From NCBI GenBank assembly GCA_964619725.1, contig CAZUFC010000063.1, forward strand, positions 1 to 48,262: a stretch of DNA of 48,262 nucleotides. The letters are read 5' to 3'. The notes beneath the pieces are model-generated. The model searched no databases, was not told the origin of the DNA, and saw only the letters and a program-made list of their open reading frames with translations. Positions 16,518 to 25,589 of the stretch are shown here, piece by piece (position 1 is the first letter of the stretch; every line of letters starts with the position of its first letter). The DNA is from an uncultured bacterium. Lineage in GTDB: Bacteria > CSSED10-310 > CAZUFC01. The position numbers were made by a program, and so were the translations under genes.

Positions 16518-18737
16518 TTATTCGTTTCCCCGACGAGCGTATTGCACTTGCGGATATTTTGTTCTTCTGTGGTCCGTACCGATAACGGCCTGAGTTATCG
16601 CACGGGCCACAACAGCAAGTTCTGCAGATGTAATGTCGCACTCGTCAAATTGGCCGTCTAAATATTTGTTTCGAATAACTTCATTGATGATGTTTTTCGC
16701 CTTATCTTCAGTAATGCTGGGCAGAACGCGGGAAATCGCTTCAACGCTGTCTGCAACCATGACGATAGCCGATTCCTTGGTTTGAGGTTTCTTTCCCGGG
16801 TAACGGAAGAATTCTTCTGAAATTTCTTTATTCATCTCATCACGCCTGAACTTGTAAAAAAAAGATTCCATCATTGTCGTTCCGTGATGCTCCTCAATGA
16901 ACTGAATGATTTCCTCCGGCAATCCGTATTTCTTTCCTATTTTCGCGCCTTCAGTGACGTGCGATTTTATGATCTGAATGCTTTTGTGCGGCGAAAGTTT
17001 ACTATGCGGATTCGTTTTATTATTGATGTTCTCAAGAAAATATTCCGGTTTAAAAAGCTTTCCGACGTCATGGTAATATCCGCCGACTCTCGCCAGCAAG
17101 GCATCCGCTTTAACCTTATCTGCGGCAAAACCTGCCAGATTGCCTACCGACACAGAATGATGGTAAGTTCCCGGCGCTTTCTCCAATAAAATTTTCATTA
17201 GCGGAGTATTGAAATCGGAGAGTTCCAATAATTTAAATTCCGTGGTCAGATCGAATATTTTCTCCAGGAACGGCATTAATAAAATGCCAAGATTCCATAA
17301 CAATCCATTGATCACGGCTTCAACAGAAATCTTCATCAGTTCAGCGCTCAAAGGCTGATTTTCAATTATTTGAAAACAGGCGGCCAGGAATCCCTGGAGA
17401 GCGGCCAGAAGAAGTGAAAAGAGGAATAAATCAGCCATCTTCTTGAATCGCAATGCGGCGAAAAGCGACAAAAAACAGCTGATCATGTAGAAAAGCATAA
17501 CGGACAGTGAGTATTCATTCAAAATCACAATGGCGAAACCGGTTAAAAAACCCGAAACAAGCGCTATCCTTCTGTCTATTAGCATGGCCGTGAGAAACGT
17601 CCCCATCCCTACAGGAATGATGTAACCGCTGGCATCCGTTAACAGAAATACGGTCTTGGAAAAAGCTAGAAAAATAAAAAATATGGTCGTCAAGATCAGA
17701 AACGTGTTTTTTTTCTGGAAAACTTCCGGATTGAATTTTTTATAATAAGCCCCAAAAGCCAGCCCCACTGCTAAAAAGGGTACCAGCGAAACCAGAAATC
17801 GCATCCACCATGGCGTAATTCTTTCGGATAAACAAAATTCAATTTTTATTTTGTCCTCCGGCGTAACTAGCTTACCCTTTGGGATCAGCACGTCCCCTTT
17901 TTCATAATAAACCAGGCCCAATTCGTTTTTCCTCTGCTTTCGGGGGTCCAACGTCTCATTGTCCCGGCTGTAATCCAGCGTAGGAAGTATCAACTCCCCG
18001 ACATTATCCGCCAGCATGGTCACGAAAGGTGTTGACACTTTCATTTCCATGTTCGTCATCAACTCACTCATTTCCTTTTTTATTTCCTGTTTGGCTTCCG
18101 TCATCGAATAAATATCGACTAAGGGAATGGTCCTGATCATATGGTCCTCTTCCCCGTGCCGTATGCGAATGAAAGTATATCTTTCTTTCAATTCGTTGCT
18201 GATTACACCCTTCTCCAATATATTACGCATAATTCGTACAATAATCTCCGAAATACCCTGAAAGTTCTTCAAATACAGCAATTCATTCAAAGGCGCAGTC
18301 GGTGCATCCCGCCCGAACAATTCGCTTAGTTTTTCTACTTTTTTATTGTGAGATAAATTTTCGGCGTTCTGAATATCGATTATTTTATCTAAAAATTTCC
18401 GGGTCTTCTCGATTCGATGTTGGTACCGAGCTTCATTAAAATTGAAAAAGGGATGATATGAAATGGCATTTTCCTCTTCCAGCTTTTCAAAAGCCTTTTC
18501 TTCATTATAAACGAAATCGTAAGGAGCACGGTAAGTCCTGAATGCCGGAACATTCTCAGGAGGGGTCTCCAGAGGAAAAAAAAATACATCTAAAAAAGAA
18601 AACAGCAAAATTATTCCGATCACTGCGACGCCGCTGCCTATCCTTACCTTCCTTAATGAAACCTTCTTCTTCTGTTGAGCGCTTACCTCTTTGGACAACT
18701 CCGGCAACTCCGGTAATTCAAGCATATCATTTTTCAT
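16518..18737 (-). CDS. 7TM receptor with intracellular HD hydrolase domain (PgpH-like cyclic-dinucleotide phosphodiesterase family)
   Basis: N-terminal TM, large extracytoplasmic domain, TM bundle, then LLELSD, APGTYHHS, YYHDVGK, EEHHGT, FRYPGKKP, ADSVEA. Confidence 0.88.
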   Translation of the reverse strand: MKNDMLELPELPELSKEVSAQQKKKVSLRKVRIGSGVAVIGIILLFSFLDVFFFPLETPPENVPAFRTYRAPYDFVYNEEKAFEKLEEENAISYHPFFNFNEARYQHRIEKTRKFLDKIIDIQNAENLSHNKKVEKLSELFGRDAPTAPLNELLYLKNFQGISEIIVRIMRNILEKGVISNELKERYTFIRIRHGEEDHMIRTIPLVDIYSMTEAKQEIKKEMSELMTNMEMKVSTPFVTMLADNVGELILPTLDYSRDNETLDPRKQRKNELGLVYYEKGDVLIPKGKLVTPEDKIKIEFCLSERITPWWMRFLVSLVPFLAVGLAFGAYYKKFNPEVFQKKNTFLILTTIFFIFLAFSKTVFLLTDASGYIIPVGMGTFLTAMLIDRRIALVSGFLTGFAIVILNEYSLSVMLFYMISCFLSLFAALRFKKMADLFLFSLLLAALQGFLAACFQIIENQPLSAELMKISVEAVINGLLWNLGILLMPFLEKIFDLTTEFKLLELSDFNTPLMKILLEKAPGTYHHSVSVGNLAGFAADKVKADALLARVGGYYHDVGKLFKPEYFLENINNKTNPHSKLSPHKSIQIIKSHVTEGAKIGKKYGLPEEIIQFIEEHHGTTMMESFFYKFRRDEMNKEISEEFFRYPGKKPQTKESAIVMVADSVEAISRVLPSITEDKAKNIINEVIRNKYLDGQFDECDITSAELAVVARAITQAVIGTDHRRTKYPQVQYARRGNE

Positions 18738-18744
18738 GAAGAAG

Positions 18745-19383
18745 TTATCCTTTCACATTCCAATTGAGTTTAACTTCGCCCAGAAGGGAACGAAAATTCA
18801 ATCGGAAGAAATCTATCTCAGGACTAATGATCCGATTGCCGCCGGTCGTATCAACTCGTGGAAATTTTACACTGTATGTTCTTTGCCATTTCGATATAAA
18901 GGGATAAAACAGCCATTTCTCCCCAGCATTGATCTCAATCTCCGTCAATCCCGCAGGAAAAATCTCAACTCCCTCACTGTTCGACAACGTTATCTTCCAA
19001 TAGGGATTGAATCCCTTGAAATCCAACCACTCCTCATTACTGCAATATGCTGAAAAAACGAATTCGTGGTATTCATAATATTCTCTCTTCTCACGATCCC
19101 TTATCGTTTGCTGCTCAAACTCCGTCAAACCCTTCCGCTCGGTAAGTTCTCTCAAATAGGCTTCCCGCACTTCCCAGGACCGGTAAGTTGCTGAAACATC
19201 CAAAATCGTAATGAACCTTCGGACGGCCGTTCTCGAACGAGTCCATTTATCTATCGACTCTCTATAGGAAATATCTGAAGAAGGCATATCCTCCACATGG
19301 TAAATCCCTACCGGAGAACGACAACAAGACAGCGCCGTCAACAATATGACGACGATTGACAATGTTTTCCTCTTGAAATTCAT
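18745..19383 (-). CDS. Putative lipoprotein, function unknown
   Basis: MNFKRKTLSIVVILLTALSC has a signal peptide with a lipobox-like Cys. 3-nt and 7-nt spacers to its neighbours. Confidence 0.7.
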   Translation of the reverse strand: MNFKRKTLSIVVILLTALSCCRSPVGIYHVEDMPSSDISYRESIDKWTRSRTAVRRFITILDVSATYRSWEVREAYLRELTERKGLTEFEQQTIRDREKREYYEYHEFVFSAYCSNEEWLDFKGFNPYWKITLSNSEGVEIFPAGLTEIEINAGEKWLFYPFISKWQRTYSVKFPRVDTTGGNRIISPEIDFFRLNFRSLLGEVKLNWNVKG

Positions 19384-19386
19384 CTG

Positions 19387-20082
19387 TTATTCGGAAAGTA
19401 CTTCCTTCTGCCTTCCCTGAAAGTCATACCACCTGTAAGATCTAACATCTTCCTCTATTCGGAATAATTCCAACGGTAAATCAGTTTCCCGCTCTAATTT
19501 ATTGAAATCAAATCGATTCACATTACCCAACTCGTCATAGACCGAAAGCCCCCCCAACTCCTTTTCATTATTGACCATTATCCTTATTTTCGCAACTTGT
19601 TCCCTGGGTTTTTCAGGAATTAAAATGAAAAATAATCCCTCCCCGGAGGATTCCTCCTTCTCCTCCTTCACTTCAAAGACGTCGCTTATATCGTAAGATT
19701 CAAGGAACAAAGTGAAAGGCATTCGTTCATCAAAAACCTTATCCAAAGAATCATGATGCACTTGCTTATCTTCCGGCAAGACCATCCATATTTCTTCGCC
19801 GTCGCTGATGATCCAATATTTTTCAGGACTCAGGTATTCCCATCTCAAATTCAGCGGTTTTTTATAATATATTTTCCCTTCTGCGGTTTGCGCGTCATCC
19901 GCAACAGCACTGAAAATCGTCTGTTTAAAATGCAGCACAAACGTTTCTTCCTCCAGAAAGGATGCTTTGAACTGTTTCAACCTTTGCAGCCCATCTTCTT
20001 CAGAGCTAACGGCAGTAACGTTTAAAAAGAGCCCAACCAGGGCAAAGAGGAGAAAAACAATTAGAGTTGGCGACTTTTTCAA
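19387..20082 (-). CDS. lolA: Outer-membrane lipoprotein carrier LolA-like
   Basis: Signal peptide; FKQ, AEGKIYYKKPLNLRWEY..P, IISDGEEIW; directly downstream of ftsK (conserved synteny). Confidence 0.85.
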   Translation of the reverse strand: MKKSPTLIVFLLFALVGLFLNVTAVSSEEDGLQRLKQFKASFLEEETFVLHFKQTIFSAVADDAQTAEGKIYYKKPLNLRWEYLSPEKYWIISDGEEIWMVLPEDKQVHHDSLDKVFDERMPFTLFLESYDISDVFEVKEEKEESSGEGLFFILIPEKPREQVAKIRIMVNNEKELGGLSVYDELGNVNRFDFNKLERETDLPLELFRIEEDVRSYRWYDFQGRQKEVLSE

Positions 20083-20084
20083 TT

Positions 20085-22487
20085 TTATTCCATCCTTTCC
20101 CTTTCGAATTCTTCCAGATAACTTTCATCCACGAGAAGTTCTCTGGGTTTGCTTCCGTCGAAAGGACCCACGATGCCGTTTAATTCCATGGCATCTATGA
20201 GTCTGGCGGCTCTGGCATGTCCGATCTTCAGTCTTCGCTGCAGCAGAGAAATGGAGGCGATTCCTGTAGAAATAACCAGTCGCAGGGCAGGCTGATAAAG
20301 TTCATCATCTTCCAATACCCCGCTGTGAAATTCTGCAGCTTTTTTGAATATGGGTTCTTCGTTCTCCGGTTTCTTCTGTTTTCGAAGAAACTCAACCATA
20401 CGCTTGACCTCAGCCTCTGAAATATAAGCGCCGTGTATTCTTTGCAACTTTGACGTTCTCGGCGGCAGGAAAAGCATATCTCCGTTTCCTACAAGTTTTT
20501 CGGCGCCGTTCCTGTCCAGGATGGTCCTGGAATCAGTTTTAGAAGCCACCTGGAATGCGATCCTGCACGGCATATTGGCCTTGATCAATCCGGTAATGAC
20601 ATCCACGGAAGGTCTTTGAGTAGCCAGGATAAGATGTATGCCGGCGGCCCGCGCCATTTGCGTCAATCGGGCGATGAAATCCTCAACTTCACGGGAGGAA
20701 ACCATCATCAAATCGGCCAATTCATCAACTATAATCACCAAATAAGCTAATTTATCCGGAAGTTCATCCTTGTTCTCCGTTTCCTGACTCAAAGCAGACA
20801 GTTTTTTATTGAATTGCGCAATGTTCCTCACTCCGAATTTCGCCATTAACCTGTAACGTTTCTCCATTTCTCCCACTGCCCACTCCAGAGCCTCAGGCGC
20901 CATGTTGGTGTCTGTCACGACAGGCGCTCTCATATGAGGTATTCCGTTAAAATCGGATAATTCCAGCATCTTTGGATCGATCAGTAAAAATCTGAGTAGA
21001 TCCGGAGGGGCGCTGAAAAGAAAACTTGTCAGGATGGAATTGATGCAAACGCTTTTACCCGAACCGGTAGAACCGGCGATCAGCAAATGAGGCATTTTCG
21101 TCAGGTCAGTAACGACCGGATTCCCGATAGTATCTTTTCCCAATGCTATCCTGAGAGGCGAAACCAGCTTGTGAAAAGCATCAGAATTTATGATTTCCTT
21201 CAAATAAACTGTTTCCCTTTGTTTATTGGGAATTTCTATTCCAACCACGGATTTTCCCGGTACCGGAGCGACTCGGGGCACGAAACTCGCCTTCAGCGCC
21301 AGGGCCAGGTCATCTGATAAGTTTATGATTTTGCTGATTTTAATGCCCGGGGCCGGTTCAAATTCATAGCATGTAACCACTGGACCAGGAAGAACTTGTT
21401 TCACATTTCCCTCTATCTTGAAGTCGCTTAATTTTTTTTCCAGTTTTTTTGAATTGCTTATCATCTCCTGTTCAGTCTGCTCGCTGTCCAAGAACACGGG
21501 ATCATCCAAAAAGTTCAATTCAGGGAGGGAATATTCTCCATTTCCCCCGTTTTCCATAGGGCCGCCATTACCAATCTTTTGCTTTTGATCTTCCGTGAAC
21601 AATTCACTCTGAACCGGAAGCCCAATATTGACTTCGACATTATCGCAAGAAAGCGTCTCATCCTCCTCTTCATCGCTTTCCTTTTCTTTTTTCTTTTTCT
21701 CAATCTCGAAACCTGATTTCTGTTTGACGATCGGTATTTCCTTTAATTCAGCTTTTCGTTTTTTTCTGATGCTGTGCCATTCGCTCAATTTTTCCTTCAG
21801 CAAGCTCAGAAACTTTGTTATTCCCCTGAATATGCCGCAAAAAAACTTGTAAGCGGCCTGCACGGATTTCCTTATAACACCGCTGACTCCCTTAAGGAAG
21901 CTTGTGAGTGAAAAATCGGTCAATGCAATGAGACCGATTAACCCGAAAGTAATTAAAACAACGAAAGCCCCGAATTTACTGAACCAGGAGATCAGTTTTT
22001 CTGTCGCTATAAGTCCCAGTATACCGCCTATGTTTTGCGCCGAACCGGGTTTCCCTCCAAGAGACAATTGAATAAAGACGGTTGCGAAGATTAAAAAGAA
22101 AAATGCGCCTGTAATTCGCAGGAATATACGCCTTGAACTATTTTTCAACAAGAGGGCTCCGGCCGAAAAAAGCATGAAAAAGGGAATTAAAAACGCTCCG
22201 TAACCGACATATTTATCGAAAAATTGAGAAAGCTCCGCTCCTGCATTACCGCATAAATTCTTAATTGACCGATGCTCATCAGCTTTAATAACGCCGGTAT
22301 CGGTCAGTTTGTAGGAAAACAAACACAGAAAGAGAAATACTGCGGCTCCAAGGAGCACAACGGCGCATACTTCTCTCAACCATCTGCTTCGGTGAAAATC
22401 AACCGTCGTCCTGTAGAGCCCCGTAATGCTCGTCCCTTTTTTCCTTTTTTTTCTTCTATTATTCTTTTTTTTCTTTTTTGAACTCAT
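20085..22487 (-). CDS. ftsK: DNA translocase FtsK/SpoIIIE
   Basis: N-terminal TM region, GPVVTCYE, PHLLIAGSTGSGKS (Walker A), IVDELADLMM, ATQRPSVDVITG, gamma domain LQRRLKIGHARAARLID. Confidence 0.97.
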   Translation of the reverse strand: MSSKKKKKNNRRKKRKKGTSITGLYRTTVDFHRSRWLREVCAVVLLGAAVFLFLCLFSYKLTDTGVIKADEHRSIKNLCGNAGAELSQFFDKYVGYGAFLIPFFMLFSAGALLLKNSSRRIFLRITGAFFFLIFATVFIQLSLGGKPGSAQNIGGILGLIATEKLISWFSKFGAFVVLITFGLIGLIALTDFSLTSFLKGVSGVIRKSVQAAYKFFCGIFRGITKFLSLLKEKLSEWHSIRKKRKAELKEIPIVKQKSGFEIEKKKKEKESDEEEDETLSCDNVEVNIGLPVQSELFTEDQKQKIGNGGPMENGGNGEYSLPELNFLDDPVFLDSEQTEQEMISNSKKLEKKLSDFKIEGNVKQVLPGPVVTCYEFEPAPGIKISKIINLSDDLALALKASFVPRVAPVPGKSVVGIEIPNKQRETVYLKEIINSDAFHKLVSPLRIALGKDTIGNPVVTDLTKMPHLLIAGSTGSGKSVCINSILTSFLFSAPPDLLRFLLIDPKMLELSDFNGIPHMRAPVVTDTNMAPEALEWAVGEMEKRYRLMAKFGVRNIAQFNKKLSALSQETENKDELPDKLAYLVIIVDELADLMMVSSREVEDFIARLTQMARAAGIHLILATQRPSVDVITGLIKANMPCRIAFQVASKTDSRTILDRNGAEKLVGNGDMLFLPPRTSKLQRIHGAYISEAEVKRMVEFLRKQKKPENEEPIFKKAAEFHSGVLEDDELYQPALRLVISTGIASISLLQRRLKIGHARAARLIDAMELNGIVGPFDGSKPRELLVDESYLEEFERERME

Positions 22488-22645
22488 ATCTTGACTCGCC
22501 TTCTCAAGGCAGGTCCTTTCCGAATGATTGATTATATTAGTCTTACGTTAACTCGTCAAATAGTTCTTCCATATTTGGAAAGAACTGCTGGAACTTATTT
22601 TGCCGAAGACTTTATCTTGAAACCAAAACTTGACCTGGACCCAAC

Positions 22646-22654
22646 TGCTATAAT
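22646..22654 (+). promoter_or_regulatory. Extended -10 promoter element
   Basis: TGCTATAAT matches TGnTATAAT, 45 nt upstream of the GTG at 22700. Confidence 0.5.
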
Positions 22655-22699
22655 ATATATGTTTGCTGTTTCAATTTCATTGCCCAGAGCAGGAAGCAA

Positions 22700-25564
22700 G
22701 TGAATTTATCCGGCATTTCAAGAAATCGATCTTTTCAGTTTTTCCTTCTCCTCCTTTTTTTTCTTTTCGCAACAATCTTAATGACATGGCCGACGGTTCT
22801 CCATTTTAACTCCAGCTTGCCCGGCCAGGGAGGAGACAGCGCAATTTTTGCCTGGAACCTATGGTGGTTCGATCATTCAACCATAAATCCGGAGAAAAGC
22901 GTTTTTGAAACTAGAATGATCTTCCATCCGTTGAAGAATTCCCTGGCTTTTCACACCCTCTGTCTGTTCAATTCTGCATTAACGTTCTCTGTCAGGAATT
23001 ACATGACCATCCAGGCTCGTTATAATCTTATCCTTTTCTTCACTTTTTGCGTCAGCGGCATCGGGGTTTATTTGTTTGCCAGGGAAACCGGCGCATCAAA
23101 AACAGGCGCTCTCCTGGCCGGCTTTATCTTCACATTCGCTCCTTTCCGTTCAGCAAGAGCCCTGGGACATATCAATCTTCTCAGTACTGAATTCATCCCC
23201 TTCTTCCTCCTATTTTTCCGACGTACCCTTTTAAAAAAACAGAGCATAGTCAATACATTTCTTGCAGCCTTTTTCCTCGGCCTTACCGCCTACTGCTCCT
23301 ACTACTACGCCTTCTTTCTTTTCATAATTATCTTATTCTCTTTCCTGAATTTCCCTCTATTAAAATCCCTGACTCCTCATAAAAGTAAATTCGATTTATG
23401 GGCGTTTATTTTCGCTCTGCTGAGTATCGGACTCTGCGCCATTCCCCTTTTTACAAATGGAATAAGATGGGAAATCGGACCGGCAACATTAAGGCTATCC
23501 AGCTTTCGGGGTCCCCAGAGGCTCCTCCTCGTTGCTTTGATCCTGAAAATTTTTTCCTATACGACTTACCTCATTCGAAGAAAAAAGGCATGGAAGAATT
23601 ATACTGAAGCGCTGGTTTCGATTCTGGTCATCACATCTTTATTCGTCATATTTATCCTGCCGTTAAGCGCAGCCATGCTGAAAGCGCTCTCGAATCAATC
23701 CGACGCCTTCTTCAAAAAGGATTATTATCTCTCTCTCTACTATTCCCTGGATGCATCGGTTTTTTTCATTCCCTCGCCGCAGCACTGCCTGTTGCATTTT
23801 TGGACCCATCCCTTCTACCAGAAACTGGGAGGCGGCATTGAACAATCAGGATTCATCGGTTATATCGCCATAATATTTTCTCTTCTCGGGTTTCTATTGC
23901 ATCGCCGAAAAAAAACGGAAATACGTTTTATGGCGTGGATGGTTTTGACTTTCCTCCTTTTATCCCTTGGACCGTTGCTGAAATTCAAAGGGGAAATATT
24001 AACCGGCGGGAACCCAAAAGACTTTTTCATCCTTCCTTTCCATTTTTTCCTTAAGATACCGATTTTATGGGGATTACGGATTCCAAGCCGCTTCATAGTT
24101 ATAGCTGTTTTTTATATCAGCATACTGGCCGGTTTGGGCTGGACCGCATGGGAGAAGAGAAAGTCATATCGTCAAATTTATGCGGCAATTGCAATAATAC
24201 TGATAATCCTTGAATATTGTACAATTCCTTATCCAATGGAAAAAAAAGAAAAACCGTCGACATACGAAAAAATAAGGAACGACGCCACTGAGAAAGCCAT
24301 TCTTGAAATTCCTCTTGGTTTCTACAGCGGCGCCAGACTCCTGGGTATAGCCAACTCCGGAGCTCAATTCCGACAAATCTTTCACCGTCATGCGATAATC
24401 GGAGGTCATGTTTCACGAATTCCACCATGGAAGCTGGATTATTTCCGGCGAATTCCACTGATTCAAGCTGTATTATATCTTCAGGACGAAAAAAAAGCAT
24501 TAACGCCGCCTGAATATTTTCTTACTGCTGAGCCGGAAAATCTGGTGGAAACCCTTAAGAGGAACGCCTTCTTTTTAAACCTCGGTTACATTATCGTCAG
24601 AAAGGACATAATGCCCCCTGACGTCATTCCCGGTCTGAGAGGCCTGATCAAGGATATATTGAATTTCAAGCTGATCAAAGAAGACGAAAAGGCGGAAATT
24701 TGGAAATCGGCTGAAACAGAACCAGGAAATCAAACTATTTGTCGCTTTCCAGCACATCCCTTGCAAAATTATTTGTGTCTTAATCCATACTTTGAGGTGC
24801 GTGACGATTCAGAAGGCAAATATGTTTATCCCTTAAAAAACGAAATGACGTTCCTGTTGCCAGTCGGATCAGAGCCTATAAATTCAATCTCGTTAGAATT
24901 AAAATATTTGAATGAGAAACCAGGTTCTTTCGCTAATCTGAACGCTTTTCTTGAGGACGAACTTATCGGCCGGACGCACGTGTACGATAGATGGACGGAA
25001 ATCGAGTTCAATGTGCGGCCGGACGTGAAGGGAAGACATTTACGCCTGACCTGGTCTTCCGGGAATGCCGAATTTATGAAGACGAAATTAGGGCATTTGG
25101 ATATTCAAAAACGATTATTAGTCTTCAGCTCTCATTTAAGCGCAGGACTCAAACCCTTCATCAGAAAAGATTCCAAGGACATGATCCGACCAAAACGAGG
25201 ATATAATTTGGTCGTTCTTTCTCCAGATACGCTCGAAGCGACGAAGAGCGGCTCTTTTTTTCAAAATATCTGGGAAGGTGAAATTGAGGGTTTGATTGAT
25301 TTTATTGAAGCGATCCCGAGCGGACACATCGTTATGATGTGTTACTGGGACGACAGCGATTGCAAGTTATTTCAGGAATTGGCTCAGGCGCTTCAACAAT
25401 TAGGCGGAACAGTGAACCCCTGGACCTATAAATTCGGCTGCTACTCCATGATAGGTATAAAAGATTCTCCTCCTGGAACCGCCATTGAGCGCTTCGATCA
25501 AGTATTCGCTTTTGTGGAAACTCAACCTGATTCCGTCGGAATAAGAAAAATGTGCGTAGAATAA
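22700..25564 (+). CDS. Polytopic membrane protein, GT-C/YfhO-like glycosyltransferase candidate, with C-terminal ILEI/PANDER-like domain
   Basis: More than 10 hydrophobic helices, GGD after TM1, FAPFR, LSLGP, LRIPSRF, AILEIP. C-terminal RGYNLVVL...FIEAIPSGHIV...DD...LGG...YSMIGIK. Confidence 0.65.
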   Translation: MNLSGISRNRSFQFFLLLLFFLFATILMTWPTVLHFNSSLPGQGGDSAIFAWNLWWFDHSTINPEKSVFETRMIFHPLKNSLAFHTLCLFNSALTFSVRNYMTIQARYNLILFFTFCVSGIGVYLFARETGASKTGALLAGFIFTFAPFRSARALGHINLLSTEFIPFFLLFFRRTLLKKQSIVNTFLAAFFLGLTAYCSYYYAFFLFIIILFSFLNFPLLKSLTPHKSKFDLWAFIFALLSIGLCAIPLFTNGIRWEIGPATLRLSSFRGPQRLLLVALILKIFSYTTYLIRRKKAWKNYTEALVSILVITSLFVIFILPLSAAMLKALSNQSDAFFKKDYYLSLYYSLDASVFFIPSPQHCLLHFWTHPFYQKLGGGIEQSGFIGYIAIIFSLLGFLLHRRKKTEIRFMAWMVLTFLLLSLGPLLKFKGEILTGGNPKDFFILPFHFFLKIPILWGLRIPSRFIVIAVFYISILAGLGWTAWEKRKSYRQIYAAIAIILIILEYCTIPYPMEKKEKPSTYEKIRNDATEKAILEIPLGFYSGARLLGIANSGAQFRQIFHRHAIIGGHVSRIPPWKLDYFRRIPLIQAVLYLQDEKKALTPPEYFLTAEPENLVETLKRNAFFLNLGYIIVRKDIMPPDVIPGLRGLIKDILNFKLIKEDEKAEIWKSAETEPGNQTICRFPAHPLQNYLCLNPYFEVRDDSEGKYVYPLKNEMTFLLPVGSEPINSISLELKYLNEKPGSFANLNAFLEDELIGRTHVYDRWTEIEFNVRPDVKGRHLRLTWSSGNAEFMKTKLGHLDIQKRLLVFSSHLSAGLKPFIRKDSKDMIRPKRGYNLVVLSPDTLEATKSGSFFQNIWEGEIEGLIDFIEAIPSGHIVMMCYWDDSDCKLFQELAQALQQLGGTVNPWTYKFGCYSMIGIKDSPPGTAIERFDQVFAFVETQPDSVGIRKMCVE

Positions 25565-25589
25565 TCAAACTCGTGAACCGTCTGGCACA

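Noticed and set aside
22491-22703. 70-aa ORF in the ftsK divergent region
   Set aside because: Spans the likely promoter region, TTG start, no motifs.
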